The notes below the pieces were generated by a model, which was not told where the DNA came from, did no database searches, and worked only from the letters and a program-made list of their open reading frames with translations. From a virus (taxonomy: Duplodnaviria > Caudoviricetes), in IMG/VR virus record IMGVR_UViG_3300012924_000011, positions 1 through 55,283 of that record: DNA of 55,283 nt; one strand, 5' to 3'. The position numbers and the translations under genes were made by a program. Below, piece by piece: positions 47,705 through 55,249 of the stretch. How positions within the stretch are numbered: position 1 is the first letter of the stretch; the number at the start of each line of letters is the position of its first letter.

Positions 47705-48163
47705 ATGAAGCATTTTCTTTTTGCATCGGTGGCGTCGGTGATCGTATCGGCGTTTTCGTCGGACGCGCCGTTGGAAACGGTGACGGTTGTTGGCGAGGAT
47801 GGCAATCCGCTGCGCATCAACAAATCGGACTATGTCGCCGATCAAGCCGATGGTGGCGCGAAGCTGTGGACGCTTCACGATGATCCCGCGCCGCAAGCCG
47901 ATGGTGGCGGTGTTGCGTTCGCATTGCCCCCCGGTATCACTCAACCCGCCGCCCCGGCTGCGCCTGATTTTTCCGATGCCGTCGCGCCGCCTGCGCCGTC
48001 GATCGGTCAAAAGCTGGTGCAAAAGGACGGTCGCAAGTTCTTCGTCGTGGTCGCGGCGGAAGGCGGCGCTTTCCCCAAGTTGACCGATACGCCGGGGATC
48101 GATGAAAAGGGCTATGCGACCGACAAGGAAGCATGGGACGCCATCATGGCGCTGCCATCCTAA
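47705..48163 (+). CDS. Hypothetical head-region protein
   Basis: GGAG SD; G....IN.SDY motif seen in genes next to capsid genes. Confidence 0.65.
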   Translation: MKHFLFASVASVIVSAFSSDAPLETVTVVGEDGNPLRINKSDYVADQADGGAKLWTLHDDPAPQADGGGVAFALPPGITQPAAPAAPDFSDAVAPPAPSIGQKLVQKDGRKFFVVVAAEGGAFPKLTDTPGIDEKGYATDKEAWDAIMALPS

Positions 48164-48200
48164 CCGGCTAGCCCTAGACCGGGCTGTCATGCTAGGAACG

Positions 48201-48232
48201 GGGCGGCGGGGCAACTTGCCGCCCTTTTCTTT
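48201..48232 (+). terminator. Rho-independent terminator
   Basis: GGGCGGC...GCCGCCC stem followed by TTTTCTTT. Confidence 0.75.
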
Positions 48233-48244
48233 GGAGCGATCCCT

Positions 48245-48751
48245 ATGGCCGATATCTATGGCACTGCGGCGGGTTTCCGTCTCTATCACATTGCACGTGG
48301 TCGATCGGTGATCAATTATACCGATGACGTTGAATTGAATGCTGCGTTGCTAGTGTCGTCCGAATGGGTTGATGCCAAATTTCGCGTATCGTTCGGTGGC
48401 ACGAAGGTTGGTCAACGTGCCCAAATTCGTGAGTGGCCACGCAACGGTGCAATGGATCGTGATTGCTATTCGATCCCGGCCGATAGCGTTCCGGTGGAAG
48501 CCAATAACGCGACATATGAAGCGGCGTTGCGTGAATTCAATTCACCGGGTGCTCTTTCCGTCGATTGGACACCGAACAAATATAAACGCGTGTCGGTCGA
48601 TGGTGCGATCAGCGCTGAATATGCTAACTTCGGTGCAGCGAGCGATATCCAAACGGAATTCGCGATCATCGAACAAATCATCGCACCGATCCTGACCGGT
48701 CATGGCGGTGGCAATCTGTCGTCGCTTTCCGGCCGGATCAGCCGCGTATGA
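48245..48751 (+). CDS. Head-tail adaptor (DnaT-like phage family)
   Basis: Y..ARG...AL...S.W.D....G......Q..EWPR......IP..V..A.YE.A; V.GAI..EY. Confidence 0.8.
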   Translation: MADIYGTAAGFRLYHIARGRSVINYTDDVELNAALLVSSEWVDAKFRVSFGGTKVGQRAQIREWPRNGAMDRDCYSIPADSVPVEANNATYEAALREFNSPGALSVDWTPNKYKRVSVDGAISAEYANFGAASDIQTEFAIIEQIIAPILTGHGGGNLSSLSGRISRV

Positions 48752-48794
48752 AAAAGGGCGCTGCATCGGGGGGGGTGATGCAGCGCCCTTCCTT
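48751..48794. terminator. Bidirectional terminator
   Basis: AAGGGCGCTGCATC / GATGCAGCGCCCTT stem between convergent genes, with an A run on the left. Confidence 0.8.
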
Positions 48795-48846
48795 CGTGCC
48801 CAGCGCATGGGGGCATGCGCGCCGGGATCGTGCCGCTATCGCCGGA

Positions 48847-49326
48847 TCAGGCTTCGCGGAACACCAGCACCGTCGAACCGTCCAGTTCGGTGCCCTTGAT
48901 CGCCTTGAACAGGTCGCCATTCTTGGCCACGTCGAAAGCGGCGAAACGCTTGCCGGCGACCTTCTCCGGCTCCGTGGTCGGCGAACGGCCGACAACGACA
49001 CCTTCGGCGTTCTTCATTTCGATCGTCTTGTAGATGACGTTACCGGCATCGTCGGTCTTGTTCACCATCCCCTTGCGGTTGGCATTGCTGATGATCGAGG
49101 AAAGCGACTTGGCGTCACGGTTCTTGACGCCGAACGCATCGCCGACGTTGGTGAGCGTATCGAAGGGAAAAATCGACGTGCTGCCGCGCTTGCTTTCGCG
49201 CTTCGGCATGGCGATGCCCGACACGACGGCGGTAAGCTGCGGTTCGATACGCGGCTTGGCGGCGGGCGGCGCGCTGGCGAATGCGACGGGGATCACGGCA
49301 TTGGTCGGAAGCGAAAAATTGCGCAT
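48847..49326 (-). CDS. Hypothetical, probably DNA-binding, protein with PVAF leader
   Basis: AAGGA SD; P.R...RG....FPF..L..VGD.F.V motif; own promoter (copy 7). Confidence 0.7.
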   Translation of the reverse strand: MRNFSLPTNAVIPVAFASAPPAAKPRIEPQLTAVVSGIAMPKRESKRGSTSIFPFDTLTNVGDAFGVKNRDAKSLSSIISNANRKGMVNKTDDAGNVIYKTIEMKNAEGVVVGRSPTTEPEKVAGKRFAAFDVAKNGDLFKAIKGTELDGSTVLVFREA

Positions 49327-49375
49327 GGTCATTTCCTTGTTGCTATAGCCCCACAATCGGCGGGTGCTTCGGTTA

Positions 49376-49404
49376 TCTCTAATGATCGTTCAAACGGTCG
49401 TCAA
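49376..49404 (-). promoter_or_regulatory. Repeated early promoter, copy 7 (divergent spacer)
   Basis: TTGACG-accgtttgaacgatcat-TAGAGA. Confidence 0.7.
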
Positions 49405-49422
49405 TAGGGTGGAGTGAATTTT

Positions 49423-49812
49423 ATGGTGACGATCTATCAGGAGTTGAAGGGTGTGGCATCCGAATTGCTCGCTCAATTCGATCAAAAGGAACCCGGTGAT
49501 GCAAACCCTGCGAGCAATGGCATCTATTATGTTCGTGTCGTGCCCGGTAGTGGCCCTGCCGCTAACCCCGGCCCATCGGTCGAAACGCCGTTCAAGGTGG
49601 ACGCCACGGCGCGTGGCGTATCGTTTCGCTACATCGACAATAAAAGTGTCGTGGCGTCCGATCTTCAAATTACGCATGCCGTGCACCCCGGTTTCGTTCC
49701 CGACGAAAAGGGGTTTGTGCTGATCGACGGTGTCCGGCATAAGGTTATCAGAGCGATCCGTAAGCCCGCCGCTGGTACGCCGGTTGCATATACTCTTGTC
49801 ATAAGGAAATAA
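49423..49812 (+). CDS. Head closure / head-tail joining protein
   Basis: A..LL..F.Q...GV...YID...V...D......IDG....I......PAAG..V.Y....R. Confidence 0.75.
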   Translation: MVTIYQELKGVASELLAQFDQKEPGDANPASNGIYYVRVVPGSGPAANPGPSVETPFKVDATARGVSFRYIDNKSVVASDLQITHAVHPGFVPDEKGFVLIDGVRHKVIRAIRKPAAGTPVAYTLVIRK

Positions 49813-49815
49813 GCG

Positions 49816-49926
49816 ATGACTTGGGATAATGATGCAACATGGAGTGATGGCGGAACGTGGGATGATCCGTTCATTCGACTATGGTCCAACCTAATGGTTT
49901 GGGACAATGGGTTTTGGTGGAATTGA
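49816..49926 (+). CDS. 36-aa Trp/Asp-rich peptide (not in ORF track)
   Basis: MTWDNDATWSDGGTWDDPFIRLWSNLMVWDNGFWWN; AAGGA SD; fills the gap exactly. Confidence 0.55.
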   Translation: MTWDNDATWSDGGTWDDPFIRLWSNLMVWDNGFWWN

Positions 49927-49927
49927 C

Positions 49928-51004
49928 ATGACACCACGCCAACAACTTGACGCGCTGATCGATCTATTCGCGCCGCAAATTCGAATTGCATTTCTAGCGG
50001 CAATTCAGGATATCGTTGATAACGCGATCCTGAACCAAGTGATTGAGGCGATCGATCAGGGTGATGTTGAAAAAGCATTCATTGTGCTTGGTTTTTCAAC
50101 AGCGGCGATGCGCCCATTAACTGCCGTGATTGAAACAGCCTATGAACAAGGCGGTGTCATGACCGGACGCACGTTCCCGAAATATTTGAATACATATAGC
50201 GGTCGTGCTGTATTCCGTTTCGACGTTCGCAATAGTCGGGCTGAAGCCTATTTGCGTGACAAGTCGTCCCAATTGGTGAGCCGGATCGCCGATGATACGC
50301 GTGTCAATATTCGCAATACGTTGACGATCGGCATGCAGGACGGTCGCAATCCTCGCAATGTGGCGCTCGACATCATCGGCCGTATCGATCCTGTCACCAA
50401 ACAACGCGTCGGCGGGATCGTCGGGCTGACAACACAACAAGAGACATGGGCGCGTAACGTTCGTAACAAGTTAAACGATACGGCTGATTGGTTGGAACGT
50501 GAGCGTTTGGCGCATCCGACCGCACGACCAACGGCTGAAAGTCACCCGTATTTCAGTTATGAAATGCGCGACAAACGTTTCGATCGCACGGTTGCTACGG
50601 CGATCCGCGACGGTAAAGCATTGCCGAGCGATGTAGTTGAAAAGTTGGTGCTGCGCTATAAAGACAACGCATTGAAGCTTCGTGGCGAAATGATTGCTCG
50701 CACCGAAGCACTTCAATCACTGAACGCGTCCGAATATGAAGCGATCAAGCAAGCGGTTGCAACCGGGGCGGTCAATGAAAGCGCTGTTCAGCGCGAATGG
50801 GATAGCGCCGGTGATAAGCGTGTTCGATACACTCACCGTAAAATGAATGGTCAACGTGTTGGTCTTGATGAACCGTTCAAGTCGCCAAGCGGTGCGCTGA
50901 TGATGCATCCGGGCGATACGTCGTTGGGTGCCGGTGCGGACGAAGTTGTTGCTTGTCGGTGTCGCGTCCGCTCCGTGATCGATTGGCTGCAAGACTTAGA
51001 TTGA
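49928..51004 (+). CDS. Head morphogenesis / minor capsid protein (Mu gpF / SPP1 gp7-like)
   Basis: R.EMIARTE...W.SAGD.RVR.TH..MNGQ.V..DEPF..P.G..MMHPGD...A.E...CRC. Confidence 0.88.
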   Translation: MTPRQQLDALIDLFAPQIRIAFLAAIQDIVDNAILNQVIEAIDQGDVEKAFIVLGFSTAAMRPLTAVIETAYEQGGVMTGRTFPKYLNTYSGRAVFRFDVRNSRAEAYLRDKSSQLVSRIADDTRVNIRNTLTIGMQDGRNPRNVALDIIGRIDPVTKQRVGGIVGLTTQQETWARNVRNKLNDTADWLERERLAHPTARPTAESHPYFSYEMRDKRFDRTVATAIRDGKALPSDVVEKLVLRYKDNALKLRGEMIARTEALQSLNASEYEAIKQAVATGAVNESAVQREWDSAGDKRVRYTHRKMNGQRVGLDEPFKSPSGALMMHPGDTSLGAGADEVVACRCRVRSVIDWLQDLD

Positions 51005-51083
51005 GGCGGGCATGCACCACATATCCCGCCTTGAACGACGGGATATGTGGCACCGCAACGCGGGCACTTGTCATAGCTAGCCA

Positions 51084-51506
51084 TTATGGCGCTTCCACCA
51101 TGCCCGCTGCCTTCAAGATGGCGATCACGACGCCAACGTGTCGCTCCCGGCCTTTCTTGTTGGTCAAGGCTGCATGGCTTGCCGCAGCCTGAACGCATGT
51201 CGCGACCATCGCCGCGTCAAACGTCGGCTTGGGCATCGTCTCGCCTTCCGGGGGATCACCGACGAACACGGCAATCGGCGGGTGCTGCGGCGCGAGCAAC
51301 TGAACGATGACGTTGCCACCGGCGTTCAGTGCTGCCAATTCGTCGGGCTGCGGCGTCCACGCGGTTTGCATGCATGGGCATTCTTGCTGAATGCCAGTGT
51401 CAAAAACGGTGGTGAAGTGGACCGCAAGACCCTTGAAGCCCTGTTCGCGACCGATTACCTTGATCCGATCCTTGTCACCGGGTGGCACTGCATTTTGCAT
51501 CGTCAA
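51084..51506 (-). CDS. Conserved hypothetical protein
   Basis: M.TAW.P..DEL..LNAGG...V......HPP motif. Confidence 0.7.
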   Translation of the reverse strand: MTMQNAVPPGDKDRIKVIGREQGFKGLAVHFTTVFDTGIQQECPCMQTAWTPQPDELAALNAGGNVIVQLLAPQHPPIAVFVGDPPEGETMPKPTFDAAMVATCVQAAASHAALTNKKGRERHVGVVIAILKAAGMVEAP

Positions 51507-51772
51507 TCCTTTGCTGCGTTAAATCTGATTGTATGCATTAGTTTGCGGCAAACGTCAAAACGAATGCCTTTGGTCGCGCTGTCTTTGATCCCGTCATCGA
51601 ACATGATACGCAATCGTGGATCGATGGCAGCGATCATGTCGGGATAGGTCTTGCGCTGCTCGTCCGATGCCCAAACCATGCACCGGCCAACAATATAAGC
51701 GTCTGCGGCTTGGCTTTCGGTGATCGTCTGCGTTGCGGCGCTCGCCAATGCGATAGCAATGATCAACATCAT
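51503..51772 (-). CDS. Hypothetical protein with signal-peptide-like N-terminus
   Basis: MMLIIAIALASAA; ATGA coupling; GAGG SD. Confidence 0.6.
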   Translation of the reverse strand: MMLIIAIALASAATQTITESQAADAYIVGRCMVWASDEQRKTYPDMIAAIDPRLRIMFDDGIKDSATKGIRFDVCRKLMHTIRFNAAKD

Positions 51773-52869
51773 TCAATCCTCTTAATTTTGATCGGTAAGC
51801 CTTCCGGTTCGATCAATGGTAAAATCGACATAGGATCGTCGGTCAAACGCGATGCGTGTATACCAAAAATCTGCGGAATGTAAAACTCATTCATTGCGGT
51901 CGGGTGCTCTTCGGTGAATGCCTTGCTGATCAATCCACGATTATCATCACTCACATGACATTCGGGTACGCAGCCCTTGGCCGCGAAGAAAAAGCGCCGA
52001 CTGAATGATGGATGACCGAGTGCGAACGTGATATCGAGTAAGTTCAAGCGTTCATGCGCTTCCTTGATCCGTACCGCTAATTGAGCTTGCGGGCTGTAAT
52101 CATGCGAATGCAGTGTTGTCGCAACAGCGATCACTTCGCATCGATATCCCTCGCGTTCTAACAGATCGATCATTCCGGCGATGATCAATGCGCGAAAGGT
52201 TGCGACCGATGCGCCGATGCCGCGCCACATAATCGTTTGGACGAATAAGCGAATGTTGCGGTGGCCGGGCTGGCGCGTTCGTCTGATCATATGTCGGGGA
52301 TCGCTCGACAACATGCGCCCGACGTTCACCGTGCCGCCTGCCATGCTGTGGAAGCGACGTTTCGACTGTGCTGCATCTACGGTTAGCTTGCCGGTAATGC
52401 CCATGCCGTCCATCCAACCGTTGCGCGCCAGATCGAGCGTGTGCGCCATGTCGGCGGTTCCGGCAAATTCGGCATATTCTTCATCGTCTTTCCAGCCGAC
52501 CGCACTGCGGCACTGATCGAATTCGCTAGGACGTGACAGCCCGGCGATATAATCAGCGAACATGCGCAGGCTGCTAAAGCCGAAAAACGCCGTAGGGTCT
52601 TGATCTTCGAAATAGTTGAAGAATGATCGATCATCGCCGAAATGCTGCGTTGGTGGTTGCACTGATGGCGTTGGCGTTATTACGTCGCGATCCGCTCGCC
52701 ACGTCGGTTCACTCGACATAACGAACACGCCGACAAGCTTGTTCAGCGCGGCAATTTGGTCGTTGTCGAGAAAGTGGAATTGCCAGTTGCGATCAGCGTT
52801 CGACCATCGTCCGCCCATTGATTTGAACAATTCGCGATGGTCGAATGTGCGCCCGGTGACGGTGATCAT
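51769..52869 (-). CDS. vWA-like partner of a MoxR-type ATPase
   Basis: AGG..NV...L..DP..M...R...I...ID.LE..G.R.E.....K.....L.L....F.L.HP...RR..F. Confidence 0.6.
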   Translation of the reverse strand: MITVTGRTFDHRELFKSMGGRWSNADRNWQFHFLDNDQIAALNKLVGVFVMSSEPTWRADRDVITPTPSVQPPTQHFGDDRSFFNYFEDQDPTAFFGFSSLRMFADYIAGLSRPSEFDQCRSAVGWKDDEEYAEFAGTADMAHTLDLARNGWMDGMGITGKLTVDAAQSKRRFHSMAGGTVNVGRMLSSDPRHMIRRTRQPGHRNIRLFVQTIMWRGIGASVATFRALIIAGMIDLLEREGYRCEVIAVATTLHSHDYSPQAQLAVRIKEAHERLNLLDITFALGHPSFSRRFFFAAKGCVPECHVSDDNRGLISKAFTEEHPTAMNEFYIPQIFGIHASRLTDDPMSILPLIEPEGLPIKIKRIE

Positions 52870-53126
52870 TTGACGAAGCGGCGTTCAATTTCGTCTAAGA
52901 TTGGCGTCAACCAATTTTGACGATAGAGCCGTGTCTGATCGCGGCAAAATTTATCGATTTCCGGCGAACAAGTCTGTGTTATCCAACCGGGTTTGAATGT
53001 TATTTCATCGCCGTCATAGTGACCGACCGCGAAGCTTTCAAGATTGGCATATTTACGCGCTTCGCGCATTAATTTCGCGTTGGTCCACCGATCCGGATGA
53101 GGTGAACCATCATTGTAACGTGCCAT
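52866..53126 (-). CDS. Small early hypothetical protein
   Basis: Start codon lies inside the 76-bp repeat; GGAG SD. Confidence 0.7.
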   Translation of the reverse strand: MARYNDGSPHPDRWTNAKLMREARKYANLESFAVGHYDGDEITFKPGWITQTCSPEIDKFCRDQTRLYRQNWLTPILDEIERRFVK

Positions 53127-53199
53127 ATCGATCACTCCATTCGTTGTGATGATCGCTCTAATGGTCGTTGCGATGGTCGTCAAGCGTTATTTTCGTCTC
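53124..53199. repeat. 76-bp exact direct repeat, copy B (contains promoter copy 8, 53155-53183)
   Basis: Identical to 32399..32474. Confidence 0.9.
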
Positions 53200-53460
53200 G
53201 ATTGTCGTCGCAGCTTCGTTGCCGAAAACTTGCGAGGCGGATATCGTCCCTGATGGTCGGCAACAATATGGTGCGCCGCCATCAACGAATGATTGATTTG
53301 GCAACCAACCACGAATGATAGCATCGATCGCCTCCGCACGAGAGGCGGTGCGTTCAAATGCGCCATAGCCTTGATTGTGACTTTGATACGCGTCGATAAG
53401 CCGTTCCAGTTTGGCCAAATTGGCAAGTGCGACAAGATCAAAGGAAAAATTGTTATCCAT
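53158..53460 (-). CDS. Hypothetical protein
   Basis: TAATG coupling; ends at the TAG in the promoter -10. Confidence 0.5.
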   Translation of the reverse strand: MDNNFSFDLVALANLAKLERLIDAYQSHNQGYGAFERTASRAEAIDAIIRGWLPNQSFVDGGAPYCCRPSGTISASQVFGNEAATTIETKITLDDHRNDH

Positions 53461-53627
53461 TACCGTTTCCGATTATCCGATGGCGCGAATACGCCGATTG
53501 CCATAAGAATAAGACCGCCGATTGCGGGCAATTGATTATCGGTTATGATGCTACCGACCAGCATGAAACTTGCGCCGGTGCCAACAACAAAGCCGATGGC
53601 TCTGTCTCCACTCCAATGATGTTTCAT
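53460..53627 (-). CDS. Small 2-TM membrane protein
   Basis: Two hydrophobic segments; AGGTGG SD. Confidence 0.55.
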   Translation of the reverse strand: MKHHWSGDRAIGFVVGTGASFMLVGSIITDNQLPAIGGLILMAIGVFAPSDNRKR

Positions 53628-53631
53628 TTTA

Positions 53632-53859
53632 CTACCACCTAAATGTGCTGATCCATCCAAGATGCGAATCAGCCTTTTCGCGCAATTCCTTCGGCTCGAT
53701 CCCGGCCATCATATATGTGCGAAGCCGATCTTCGACTTCAGAATGCTTGGGATAAGGCGGTCCGTTGGTGGAAATCATCCTTCCATTATCTTCACATAGA
53801 TCGAGCAATGATTTTCGCATCGCATCGATTTCCGACAAGGTATATTTGCGCTCAGTCAT
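53632..53859 (-). CDS. Hypothetical protein
   Basis: R.Y.L.EID.MR...EDRLRTYM.AG..P.EL; GGAGG SD. Confidence 0.65.
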   Translation of the reverse strand: MTERKYTLSEIDAMRKSLLDLCEDNGRMISTNGPPYPKHSEVEDRLRTYMMAGIEPKELREKADSHLGWISTFRW

Positions 53860-54130
53860 TATCGCCCGCCTCCACAAACTCAAGATCGCCGGTTGCAACC
53901 CAAGCCGGGCCATTTTCCAAGCCGCCACGCGGGGCATTGCCGTTGATCGTTCGAACGGTCCACGCATGTTCGCCGACGTAAATCGTGCTATCTTCCGGCC
54001 CGATATCCCATCCCGGCGAAACAATAAGTTCAGCGCCGTCGAATGGTTCCATTTCCGGCTTCACGGCCCATCCATCACCGCGCCTGATACGAAAGATAGC
54101 CTTGCGATAATATGTCATGGCTCGATCCAT
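53852..54130 (-). CDS. Hypothetical protein
   Basis: Downstream of promoter copy 9; Y.GE..W...P.WVATGDL motif. Confidence 0.65.
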   Translation of the reverse strand: MDRAMTYYRKAIFRIRRGDGWAVKPEMEPFDGAELIVSPGWDIGPEDSTIYVGEHAWTVRTINGNAPRGGLENGPAWVATGDLEFVEAGDND

Positions 54131-54144
54131 TTGTTGTCGTGATC

Positions 54145-54173
54145 GCTCTAATGGTCATTGCGACGGTCGTCAA
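54145..54173 (-). promoter_or_regulatory. Repeated early promoter, copy 9
   Basis: TTGACG-accgtcgcaatgaccat-TAGAGC. Confidence 0.8.
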
Positions 54174-55249
54174 GCGTTGATTTTATCGCGGTCCTTGCCG
54201 TTCATTCCCTTAAAGAGATAAATCTCTTCCACAACATCCCAATCGATCCCGATGGACAATGCCGCTGCGCCCATGGCGATTGCGCGGGTGCTGACTACGT
54301 GACGAATGTGTTTGTCGTTGACGATCTTGCGCACTTCCCAAACGCGTTCAAGCCATCGGTCATTTGACCCGGCGAACATGCGTTCAAGGTTCAGGTCATA
54401 GCCAACGTCAATCACTGCGAAACGATCGAGACTAGCCGCGTCCAATTCGTTGCGCCCGACATAGAGACGATCAGCCCCGGTGCCGAATGTATTGGCGGTG
54501 GCGATCATCCTGAAATCAGGATGGCGCATGATCGGTGCAGGCATATCGGGAAAGTTGCAATATCCATTGGCAAGCGCGCTATTTGCGGCAAGCAAGGCGT
54601 TTGCGTCCCACGCGTCGATTTCATCGGCGATCCATACGCCCCCTTTTTCATAAGCGTGACGAAACGGCGTATCATGATATTTGCCATGGCCATCAACGAA
54701 ACCGATCAGTTCATGCGTGTCATTGATGGTGCTGGTGATATAGAATTGTAATTGTAGCGCTAGGGCTGTGTGTTCGCCGATGGTCGTTTTGCCGCAACCG
54801 GCTGGACCAACCAACATGATCGCATGCCCGATGCTGGCAATTTTGATCACCAATTCGGTGCGATAATGAACCGTTGCATTGATCATCACCGATCCGCGCG
54901 GTGATAAAACTTCAAGCTGGCGTGGCGGGATCGCAGTAATCAATGCGTGACATTCTTCACGCGCGAGATAGCGCACCAATTCTTCATCGGGGAACCGCCC
55001 CTGTGGCATGGCCGCCAAGGTGTCCATGATCGCTTGTGCGGTCGCGCGCTGTACGTCTGAAGGGGTTTCCGGCCCGGCGCTGGCGTGATAGAGATTGGCA
55101 AGGTCAACCGCCGACATGGCGTGAACCGCGAGCGGATCATAGCCTGATATCAACGCCCATTCGGTCAGATAGGGCTTGTCATCCGGAACCATGATATAGG
55201 TGTGCGGATCGCCAAGGCGCTGATAGAGGAAATTGAGGCGGAGCGTCAT
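54170..55249 (-). CDS. MoxR/CbbQ-type AAA+ ATPase
   Basis: Walker A GPAGCGKT, Walker B IADEID, HPDFR.IATANT.G.G....Y.GRN.LDAA.LDRF, VSTR. Confidence 0.9.
   Translation of the reverse strand: MTLRLNFLYQRLGDPHTYIMVPDDKPYLTEWALISGYDPLAVHAMSAVDLANLYHASAGPETPSDVQRATAQAIMDTLAAMPQGRFPDEELVRYLAREECHALITAIPPRQLEVLSPRGSVMINATVHYRTELVIKIASIGHAIMLVGPAGCGKTTIGEHTALALQLQFYITSTINDTHELIGFVDGHGKYHDTPFRHAYEKGGVWIADEIDAWDANALLAANSALANGYCNFPDMPAPIMRHPDFRMIATANTFGTGADRLYVGRNELDAASLDRFAVIDVGYDLNLERMFAGSNDRWLERVWEVRKIVNDKHIRHVVSTRAIAMGAAALSIGIDWDVVEEIYLFKGMNGKDRDKINA

Noticed and set aside
15356-54173. CRISPR-like or guide-RNA array reading of the ~30-bp repeats
   Set aside because: Copies are dispersed, separated by whole genes, and have -35/17 nt/-10 geometry. 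The Cas4-like gene sits in a standard phage replication module.
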